In this document: one piece after another, positions 1 through 8,000 of the stretch | How the letters are laid out: the number at the start of each line of letters is the position of its first letter | Numbering within the stretch: position 1 is the stretch's first letter | IMG/VR virus record: IMGVR_UViG_3300037484_000300 | Coordinates: 1-38,738 of that record | Source of the DNA: a virus | Taxonomy: Duplodnaviria; Caudoviricetes | Direction: 5' to 3' (one strand) | DNA: 38,738 bases | The notes under the pieces: generated by a model | Seen by the model: the letters and a program-made list of their open reading frames with translations, nothing else | The model's database searches: none | Told to the model about the DNA's origin: nothing | Made by a program: the position numbers and the translations under genes

Positions 1-127
1 GCGCTAGTAAAAATGGGACGGGAAAACCGGGAGATTTAGAGAAAGTAGTAAAGGTTTACAACAATAGAAAAGATGTTTTAAATGAACAAAGTAATGGGAT
101 AATTTAGAAGAATGGAATAATTTAATG
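1..127. repeat. Terminal direct repeat (identical to 38612-38738); circular-assembly overlap, genome about 38,611 bp
   Basis: First 127 nt match the last 127 nt exactly; the ERF gene end and RNA ligase start join across the junction. Confidence 0.95.
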
Positions 128-745
128 ATTGAATACCATAAAATAGAGAATCTCTATAAGAGAGATAAAGACACAAACAGAACCCTTATTGGAGAATATA
201 CTCTTCCAGAGTTTGAATTTTTAGCCAATAATACTTGGGAATTCACAGAAAAGATTGATGGGATGAATATCAGAGTATATTGGAATCATGACGACAAAAC
301 TATATCTTTTGGAGGACGTACTGATAAGGCACAAATTCCTGAAGAATTGTTAGTAAAATTAACATCTCTTTTCGATAAAGAAGCAGTGGAATTTTTATTC
401 CCAGATATATCCGTTATGTTCTTTGGAGAAGGGTATGGTGCTGGCATACAATCTGGTGGTAAATATAAGAGAGATGGTATGAGTTTTATACTCTTCGATG
501 TATTTATTAATGGTTGGTGGTTAGAAAGAGATTCTGTAAAAAAAATAGCAGAGAAGTTAAGCTGTAAAATCGTGCCGATTGTAGGCGAAGGAAACCTCGA
601 TCAAGCTACAAAATTAGTAACCAACAGATTTCCTTCTACTTTCGGAAATTTTGAAGCTGAAGGTTTAGTATTGCGTCCTAAAGTAGAATTATTTGCTAGA
701 AATCGCAAAAGAATCATAGCTAAGTTAAAATGTAGAGACGTTTAA
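125..745 (+). CDS. RNA ligase, Rnl2-like nucleotidyltransferase domain
   Basis: Motif I EKIDGMN, motif III FGEGYG, IIIa FILFDV, IV EGLVLRP, V IIAKLK. Confidence 0.85.
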   Translation: MIEYHKIENLYKRDKDTNRTLIGEYTLPEFEFLANNTWEFTEKIDGMNIRVYWNHDDKTISFGGRTDKAQIPEELLVKLTSLFDKEAVEFLFPDISVMFFGEGYGAGIQSGGKYKRDGMSFILFDVFINGWWLERDSVKKIAEKLSCKIVPIVGEGNLDQATKLVTNRFPSTFGNFEAEGLVLRPKVELFARNRKRIIAKLKCRDV

Positions 746-761
746 TCAAAGGGAGAATGCT

Positions 762-905
762 ATGCATTATCAATTAGAACTCGTCTTAAAAGATAGTATA
801 AGAATTTTATATTTTGATACAGAAGAGGAAGCAAAAGAGTTTCTTAATAAATGTAAAGAAACTGTCTCTGATTATAAGATTCAACCATTGGAGGAAAAAA
901 AGTGA
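762..905 (+). CDS. Small hypothetical protein (47 aa, MHYQLELVLKD...EEKK), not in ORF track
   Basis: GGGAG RBS upstream; TGA stop overlaps the GTG start of the next gene. Confidence 0.65.
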   Translation: MHYQLELVLKDSIRILYFDTEEEAKEFLNKCKETVSDYKIQPLEEKK

Positions 906-1249
906 TTAGCCCCATAATAGAAACGATAGTAGCAGAAATTCTTAAGAATCCGCCTGACTTTACTATATTAATCTGCAATATTCTTACTGATGAAGATGGT
1001 GATTATCTTTTAAGAGCAGTTAGAAATAATACCCATTTGCTAGAATGCAGTATTCAGATAAAAGAAGATTCTGAAGATGTTAAAATATTAAGGCTTATTA
1101 AAAAAGCTATAGAATTTCGCATTCAGGAAAATAACTTTTCTGCCACGACAGGTATTAAGTTCCAATTCTTTGGTGGTGAAAACTTACTGTTAGATGGTTC
1201 TAAATTAAATCAAAATTTAGAATTAGCAGAATTCAATCCAGGAGAATAA
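902..1249 (+). CDS. Hypothetical protein with a degenerate RI/tropomodulin-type LRR unit; paralogue of 2774-3127
   Basis: EILKNPPDFTILIC...LLRAVRNNTHLLECSI pattern; aligns by eye with 2774-3127; GGAGG RBS. Confidence 0.6.
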   Translation: MISPIIETIVAEILKNPPDFTILICNILTDEDGDYLLRAVRNNTHLLECSIQIKEDSEDVKILRLIKKAIEFRIQENNFSATTGIKFQFFGGENLLLDGSKLNQNLELAEFNPGE

Positions 1250-1834
1250 ATGCAAATAACACTACAAATGCTTGAAAATTGGGATGCTTGTGAAGACGGT
1301 ATAGATTGGTTTAACGAACAATATACAGATGGCACTATTGAATTTGACATCTTAGTCAAAGATCTAAAAGATGATACCAAATATTCTTATCTTAATTGGT
1401 TAGTAACAAAATTACTGACAGGAGACAATTGCATTAGATATGCTATATACGCTGCTGAATCTGTATTGTATATTTTCGAAGACAAATATCCAGATGACTT
1501 AAGACCACGCAAAGCTATTGAAGCCGCTAAAGAATATTTAAATACTAAAACTAATGCTGCTGCTGCTAAAGCTGCTGCTGATGCTGCTTATGCTGCTGCT
1601 AATGCTGCTTATGCTGCTGCTAATGCTGCTTATGCTGCTTATGCTGCTGCTTATGCTGCTAATGCTGCTGCTTATGCTGCTTATGCTGCTGCTGCTTATG
1701 CTGCTGCTAATGTTGCTAATGCTGCTGCTTATGCTGCTTATGCTGCTGCTGCTTATGCTGCTGCTAATGCTGGCACTGATGCTGCTGCTTTTATAGATTA
1801 TGGTTTGGGATTGCTAAAGGAGCAAGATAAATGA
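1250..1834 (+). CDS. Imm5-like putative immunity-family protein with long Ala-rich repeat; paralogue of 35905-36306
   Basis: AIYAAESVLYIFE...PDDLRPRKAIEAAKEY motif followed by Ala repeats; GGAG RBS. Confidence 0.75.
   Translation: MQITLQMLENWDACEDGIDWFNEQYTDGTIEFDILVKDLKDDTKYSYLNWLVTKLLTGDNCIRYAIYAAESVLYIFEDKYPDDLRPRKAIEAAKEYLNTKTNAAAAKAAADAAYAAANAAYAAANAAYAAYAAAYAANAAAYAAYAAAAYAAANVANAAAYAAYAAAAYAAANAGTDAAAFIDYGLGLLKEQDK
1553..1789 (+). repeat. Imperfect (GCT)n coding microsatellite interrupted by TAT/AAT/GAT codons
   Basis: About 79 codons, almost all GCT. Confidence 0.95.
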
Positions 1835-2085
1835 ATAAACAACTAAAGCTTAAATTCAAAGCTGTAGACACAGTAACAGGTATAGAAATACCAGAAGTTT
1901 TTATACCGGCACCAGCTAATTATATTGGCTTCTTCAAAAAATATCTTGATCTATACAAAAAAGCTGATTCTTCTACAGATCATATATTCGATAAATCACA
2001 ACTAGCTTGGATAGATATTGATAATTGCGATATATATCAGTGTAAGGGAAAGGCTGGAGAAGAATTGATTTGGGAGAAGATATGA
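1831..2085 (+). CDS. Hypothetical protein
   Basis: AAAGGAG RBS; start overlaps the previous stop. Confidence 0.7.
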   Translation: MNKQLKLKFKAVDTVTGIEIPEVFIPAPANYIGFFKKYLDLYKKADSSTDHIFDKSQLAWIDIDNCDIYQCKGKAGEELIWEKI

Positions 2086-2495
2086 CAGACATTAAAGATT
2101 ACGTATGCACATTTGAGCAGGCCAAAAAATTACGTGAACTTGGTATTGAACAAAGCAGTTTGTTTCATTGGTCATATAAACCTGGGGATTATGTTATTAA
2201 ATTATCATCTACAAATCTTAAGCATATTGAAAAAGATTATGCAGCTTTCACTAGTCAAGAATTAGAGGAATTGCTTTTAAAATATTGTGAAGAAGAATTA
2301 TTAGAACAAGAATTCGTATTAAATATAGATACCAGTAAAAATAATAGATTATATTTCCATTTTTTTGATAAATCATTAGATAGCGCTCATGAGTTTGAAT
2401 CTAATTACAAATCAAAAGCCCAAGCTTGTGCAGACTTTTTGATTTATTTAATAGAGGAAATTAATAATAATTGGGGAATGAGGATAAAGCAATGA
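2082..2495 (+). CDS. Phage hypothetical protein (VCTFEQAKKLRELGIEQ type)
   Basis: ATG at 2082 preceded by GGGAG; ATGA overlaps with neighbours at both ends. Confidence 0.75.
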   Translation: MTDIKDYVCTFEQAKKLRELGIEQSSLFHWSYKPGDYVIKLSSTNLKHIEKDYAAFTSQELEELLLKYCEEELLEQEFVLNIDTSKNNRLYFHFFDKSLDSAHEFESNYKSKAQACADFLIYLIEEINNNWGMRIKQ

Positions 2496-2770
2496 TAGAC
2501 ATTGAAACACAAACGCTAACTCTTAAAACTGGCAAGAAGATCAATCTTAATAACGTTACATTTCTAGATGCGTACCCCGAAGATTATGGCAAAGAAAAGT
2601 CCACATGGTGTGTTGATATATGCGTAAAAGGCGCAAGATTTACTCTAAAATATGATAATGTAAAAGAAGTGTTAGAGTTAACACAAGCGATAACTAAGAT
2701 AAAAAGAGACTTTAATCGATTAAAGCTATATTGGTTAGATAAGCAATATGATAAAATCATGGCGGAATAG
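2492..2770 (+). CDS. Hypothetical protein
   Basis: GAGGA RBS before ATG 2492; in operon. Confidence 0.7.
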   Translation: MIDIETQTLTLKTGKKINLNNVTFLDAYPEDYGKEKSTWCVDICVKGARFTLKYDNVKEVLELTQAITKIKRDFNRLKLYWLDKQYDKIMAE

Positions 2771-2773
2771 GAA

Positions 2774-3127
2774 ATGAAAGAATCTTTTATTTATATGTGC
2801 AAACAGATAGCTAGAAATTCCAAAGAATATAGCTATTTTAATTGCATAATTTGTGATCTAGAAGAAGCACGATTGTTAAACAAAGCAATGATACCTAATA
2901 CACATATAAATAACTGCCACATCGAGCCATCCGAAAATTTTATAGAAGAAGAATTAGCAGAATGTGAAGATATAGTTGATAGTATAGTTATTAAAGTGCT
3001 AGAAAATAGAGCTAATGCGTCATTACACGGCCTTAGTATTTTTCATCATGTACATAAAGACAGAGCTGGTTATAGTCTTAGAGAAAGTACAGCGTGTGAT
3101 GATCTAACAGCTATGGTTTATAAATGA
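2774..3127 (+). CDS. Hypothetical protein with degenerate LRR unit; paralogue of 902-1249
   Basis: QIARNSKEYSYFNC...LLNKAMIPNTHINNCHI...VLENRANASLHGLSIF aligns with 902-1249. Confidence 0.6.
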   Translation: MKESFIYMCKQIARNSKEYSYFNCIICDLEEARLLNKAMIPNTHINNCHIEPSENFIEEELAECEDIVDSIVIKVLENRANASLHGLSIFHHVHKDRAGYSLRESTACDDLTAMVYK

Positions 3128-3149
3128 GATTGGAGAAGAAGGATAAAGC

Positions 3150-3377
3150 ATGAAAGACGATAAAAAGCTAGTAGAACTAACTAGCAAGGAAATTTCTACA
3201 ATATATTCTACTTTAATAGCTTTTACACAATTTATAAAAGCTGAGATTAACAAAAAAGAACCTATAGAAAAAGAACCTATAGAAAAAGAACCTATAGAAA
3301 AAGAAACGATGCTACATGCAAATAATATATTAAAACAACTTAAATTATTAGCAGATAAATTTGAGAAATTATTATAA
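3150..3377 (+). CDS. Hypothetical protein containing three KEPIE repeats
   Basis: AAGGA RBS; in-frame 15-bp tandem repeat. Confidence 0.7.
   Translation: MKDDKKLVELTSKEISTIYSTLIAFTQFIKAEINKKEPIEKEPIEKEPIEKETMLHANNILKQLKLLADKFEKLL
3253..3305 (+). repeat. 15-bp tandem repeat AAAAAGAACCTATAG x3.5
   Basis: Perfect copies at 3253, 3268, 3283 and a partial copy at 3298. Confidence 0.95.
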
Positions 3378-3391
3378 TTAATTTATATTAA

Positions 3392-3664
3392 ATGATGCCT
3401 AGTAAATTCTTAGAAGACAACTCAGGAAATAAAAGTTCAACAAGAGCTATCATGTTCCTGTACGGATGGTCAGGTATCATAATGAGCTGGGTAGCATTCT
3501 TTATGATGATATTCTATTTCAAAGACGCCTCTCTCACATTACAGACATTAATAGCTATTATGGCTGTCACTGTAGGCCATGGGATAATAAAGCTGGGAGA
3601 TCGTAATAGAAGCAATGATAATAGACAGGATGAAGAAGAGGAAGATCCCAATGCTACCGTTTAA
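3392..3664 (+). CDS. Putative holin (2 TM helices)
   Basis: FLEDNSGNKSSTR N-terminus, two hydrophobic helices, charged tail, directly upstream of the spanins. Confidence 0.6.
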   Translation: MMPSKFLEDNSGNKSSTRAIMFLYGWSGIIMSWVAFFMMIFYFKDASLTLQTLIAIMAVTVGHGIIKLGDRNRSNDNRQDEEEEDPNATV

Positions 3665-3887
3665 TATGATCGTAATTGGCGCTGCAATACTTTTTTTTGT
3701 TATGCTATATTTCTTAATAAAACATCACGGGGCAAAAGAAGAAAAACAAAAGCAAATAGCTGAACAAAATGAATTATTAAAAGAGAGTAAAGAAGATGTG
3801 GAAAACATTAAAGCAGATCAAGCAGCTAAGTATACTAACGATATTAATGGTGCTCATGACCGGCTGCGCAAATACGAGCGCGACTAG
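3651..3887 (+). CDS. Inner-membrane spanin (Rz-like)
   Basis: N-terminal TM helix followed by coiled coil; overlaps the lipoprotein gene. Confidence 0.7.
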   Translation: MLPFNMIVIGAAILFFVMLYFLIKHHGAKEEKQKQIAEQNELLKESKEDVENIKADQAAKYTNDINGAHDRLRKYERD

Positions 3888-4029
3888 TCTTCCTATAGAC
3901 AACTTCTGTGGATGGGCTAAGCCAATCCTATTAACCAAGGATGAAATTAGTCACCTTAGTGCTTACAGCTCGAATGAGATAGCAGATTATAATGATGTTT
4001 ATGTTAAGAAGTGTGGGAAGAAAAAATAA
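3796..4029 (+). CDS. Outer-membrane lipoprotein spanin (Rz1-like)
   Basis: Signal peptide with lipobox LMTG-C, further Cys residues, overlaps the Rz-like gene in another frame. Confidence 0.75.
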   Translation: MWKTLKQIKQLSILTILMVLMTGCANTSATSLPIDNFCGWAKPILLTKDEISHLSAYSSNEIADYNDVYVKKCGKKK

Positions 4030-4115
4030 TGCAGGTAATTCCTTTAATATGCCTTTAGTGTTCCACCACATTTGGTGCTAAGCTTTGGGGAATTAGGTAT
4101 TAAAGGGTCTGCATT
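4028..4115. terminator. Long imperfect stem-loop filling the gap between convergent transcription units
   Basis: AATGCAG/CTGCATT, CCTTTAATA/TATTAAAGG and inner CACCA/TGGTG inverted pairs. Confidence 0.55.
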
Positions 4116-4356
4116 ATTTCTTAATATCGAGAATCTTATCAAGAAGCATAGAAAAGTTCTTTTCTATTTTAGCGTCTAGCTTGGAATAACCATCTTCCAT
4201 ACGCTTTTGTATCTCTTCTACTTGATCAGTAGTTGCAGATTTATCCAGCTTGGTCTTCCAATCTTTTAAAACTATTTTCAATATTCCCATAAGTAATCCT
4301 ACAGACACTACTAATATAGCGACGACATTTTGTGATATTTCTGATAAATCGTACAT
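4114..4356 (-). CDS. Single-TM coiled-coil protein, holin or lysis-accessory like
   Basis: One TM helix then a coiled coil; downstream of the endolysin. Confidence 0.6.
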   Translation of the reverse strand: MYDLSEISQNVVAILVVSVGLLMGILKIVLKDWKTKLDKSATTDQVEEIQKRMEDGYSKLDAKIEKNFSMLLDKILDIKK

Positions 4357-4359
4357 AGG

Positions 4360-4713
4360 CTACTTATTATTAAATTGGGCGGAAAGTAGTAAACATATTA
4401 TACCAGTATCACACCAAAAATTGGGAGCAAACATATTTAGATCTATAACAAAGACTAAATAAGCCAGATAATCTACAGCAATTAAAAGAACGCCTAAGGC
4501 TGCAAATATACGACTAGTTAATTTGTTTGTAGAGAATATTACAGCGTGTGTAAAAGCTAAAATACATAAGATAAATACTATCGTGCTAGTACAGGTAACT
4601 AATAATTGGCCTTCATCTGGTAGATTTTCTATTAAGATGCCAATCTTTATTAAAGTTATACCCAGCATGGCAACCCATATAATAGGAGAATACTTTTTTA
4701 ATAACTTCTTCAT
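4360..4713 (-). CDS. Membrane protein (about 4 TM), candidate holin
   Basis: Four hydrophobic segments; adjacent to the endolysin. Confidence 0.6.
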   Translation of the reverse strand: MKKLLKKYSPIIWVAMLGITLIKIGILIENLPDEGQLLVTCTSTIVFILCILAFTHAVIFSTNKLTSRIFAALGVLLIAVDYLAYLVFVIDLNMFAPNFWCDTGIICLLLSAQFNNK

Positions 4714-4732
4714 GAATTAACTCTTTTCATAA

Positions 4733-5077
4733 TCATTCCCTATCATACATCTCAAAATGGTTGCCATCGCTTCTAGTAGAAAAATCTCCACCCCATCTAT
4801 TCCTAACATTTAATGACTTCCAGTATTTACCAAATTGTTGATAATCTTCGGATTCAGTTAAATATTTACCTTCAAGAGAAAATATATTTAAATCAGCAGC
4901 TAATTTCTTACAATGTTGGCTATCTCTTATTCCTTTTCCATTTTTAGCGTAAATTTCTGCTTGTTCAGGAGTTCTGTAAAATTCTCCAACCGTACAAGTA
5001 TAATCAGATGCATAGATATAATCTATCAATCTAGCTATATTTCTAGAAAAAACAAATTGCAATTCACTTAGTTTCAT
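4733..5077 (-). CDS. Endolysin, M15 family (L-Ala-D-Glu peptidase-like)
   Basis: R-x3-Q, SQHC..LAAD, RWGGDF and DGNHFE zinc-peptidase motifs. Confidence 0.9.
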   Translation of the reverse strand: MKLSELQFVFSRNIARLIDYIYASDYTCTVGEFYRTPEQAEIYAKNGKGIRDSQHCKKLAADLNIFSLEGKYLTESEDYQQFGKYWKSLNVRNRWGGDFSTRSDGNHFEMYDRE

Positions 5078-5085
5078 AATTTACT

Positions 5086-8000
5086 CTATTGTGCAGTATT
5101 CCATTGAATCGTACTACTATAAAATCCAAAATTATTAGTACCAGGATTCCAGTCACCAGTTACAGGATAAGCCGCAGTTTTCATAATTGCTATATTGCCG
5201 CTAGAATCTATAACCGCTGATCCCCAAGAACCTACATCAGAATAAATTCCATCTGTATCATGTGCAGCAATTGCACCAATAGCCGGCCCAGTAGTAGGTC
5301 TAAATGCTGCCGGTATAACAGCAGCTGCTGTTATTTGTGCTGCTGTAGAACTATTACCTACTGCTGACCAAGAATCTAAAGACATTGTAACTGTATTAGT
5401 AGCTATATCTTTAGATAAACGAATTATAGTTGTAGGCGTACTAGCTGTAGCTGCACAAACCCAAGTGCTTATGGACACAGATTGAATTAGTTTATTATTC
5501 AAATAAATAGTTCCAGCTCCACCCATTGTAATACTAGTAGTAATTGTAGCTGTACAATATATAGTGCCAGCATTAGCAAATAACTCCCCTCGCATTCTAT
5601 TGGCATTAACCCAGACAGCTCCAGTACCAGAAGTATAGATAGTATAATCTGTGGTATTAGTATTTCTAATTGTATTTGCTATTACTGTTAGACTTCCAGC
5701 AGTTGCGCTAAACATCTTAGTAGGCGAACCGGAGTTTAACGGCATAGCTGAATTACATTGTATATACGCATTTCCACTGCCTGTCAGTAATATACCTCCC
5801 GAACCAAATGCATCGCTTGGCGTAGTTGTCATCTTATCGAAATACAAACTTAAATTTGTAGTAGTTTCAATGCTAGAAAAACCAGTACTATTAATAGTTG
5901 CTAATGGCGCGTGAAGACTACCATACCAAACAAATTGATCTGCGAAATTGTAAGTTGCAGCATCTAAACATTCAATGCCGTAAGTTGCACCATAGTAATA
6001 ATTAAGATACGACGCCACTGCGATACTACAAACTGGGTCTTGTAAGGTTTTACCAGTACGTCTAACCCAACGTGTATTAGTAGCATCCCAACTAATTTGT
6101 AATGGTCCGGTAAACGACATACCTGTATTTGTCTTGGTAACATCGTTGTCTACTACCGTAACGCCACTTGGCACAACATAACAGCCTTTGTCTACAACAG
6201 CGGCAATTGTTGGGAAATCAGCGGCTACGTTTATCCATCCTGTAGTAGCGGTGGCAGTATAATTAGTTACATATAATTCGGTGTTATCAGTACCAAACCT
6301 AGTAACAAATATTGAATTATAAGTTTGATGCGCTCTCCACATGGGAACATTGCCAGCTGCCCCCGTTCCTGTCATCGATAAAAATGTAGGAGTAATTGCT
6401 GTGTTTGGAGCTAATGAAGCTAATACTCCAGCACTATTGTAATAATTGGTATTGTAGGCTTGCGAAGCATAATTATCACATCTAATAGCGAAATTAGTGC
6501 TAGCGTTAGTTATTGTTCCAGCGCATTTACCAATATACAAATTTCCATTTGACCTACTTGTAGCTGTTATATTCCCAGACATATATCCTATTTTACCGTA
6601 AGCAGCTATAGTTCCAGTTCCGCCAGAATCTATAAATGATTGCATCTGAAATATATCAAAGTAAATAGTACTACCATAATTAGCAGCTTGCGTAATACTC
6701 CCAAAGAGATAATCTATTTTTAAAAATACAATTGCTCCATTAAAAAATGATATCCCACCGATTACTTTATGAATGTTTATAAATATCTCATTCCCAGATG
6801 TTACAGGTAAACCACCGTTCACAGTAGCAACTGGCATTATGATATGAACATATGTAGCTCCTAAACCAGACGACAAAGTACCAACATCATATCTTCCCGC
6901 ATCAGGACAATAAACAACAGCTTGATTAGTTGAGCCAAGAGTTCCAAACGCTGTAACAGCTAAATTATAAGCAGCGTCCATATTCAACAGTCTATTGCCC
7001 CAGGTTAAGCCGTTGTTAGTATCACTTCCGCCTTTGCCAAACCATATAATGTTTGAAGATGCTAAATAAGCTTCAGCAGTACTCCACGCTGGAGCACCTG
7101 AAGAAGTTTGCGACAAATACATTTTAGTGGCTGTAGAGTTAGGAGCAATACGAGTTAAAAGCGTAGTAGCGGCGCGATAATACATGTCACCTGTCGCATC
7201 AGAACCTAAACCCATTATTGTGCCACCGCCAATAATATCAAAGTTAGAGCCTATATATCCTGTTCCTGTTGGCGTACCATTAACTGTACATTTGACAATA
7301 ATTGTTACTGCTGTTCCGCAAGCTATAGGTGCACCAGAAGCAACCGTAATAATACAGTTTGAAATTCCGTTAATAGCTGTTACTCCATTGGCTCCATTGT
7401 TACATGATATTCCGCCGCCAGTACTAGTATTGGTTATCAAACTATTAACGACAATGAGAGTACCGCCAGTTGTTGAAGTTATTAATGGAGTGGTTTTGCC
7501 AGTATTTATTTGGCAATTTTCAATAATAATTTGCCCATCACCTGTTATTTGACTTGTTACTGTACATATATTTGCAACCCAAAAAGCGGGAGAGGTAACC
7601 GTTATTAAACCACCTAACAAAATAGTATTTTTAAATCCAGTTCGTCCGCCGTTATAAGTGATATCACCAGTTACAGAACCACCATTAGATAAACCCTGAC
7701 CAGTAGCTGCCGTAGAAGACATCGTAACATTACCAACAATATTCAAATCATTAATTACATAACTTGGATATTGAATTGTAAGTCCAGAGGCAAAAGTTAT
7801 AATTGCTTCATTACCGTAAATAACAATAGGCACATTTGGCAACGTAACCAATGATGCTTCTGTATATGTTCCTGTCGCTATGTGTATAGCAAAGCCAACT
7901 GAAGGAGTACCCATCGCAGCTACGGCGGCAGAGAATGTCTTATATGGCATTATCTCTGTTCCATTCGGAATGTAAGCATCGGTTCTATTAATATCAACAT

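Noticed and set aside
1-127. Biological terminal repeat
   Set aside because: The 127-nt exact overlap cuts through the ERF gene and equals a common assembler k-mer, so it most likely reflects circular assembly only
1554-1796. 80-aa Leu/Met-rich ORF as a membrane protein
   Set aside because: Shadow frame of the (GCT)n microsatellite; no RBS
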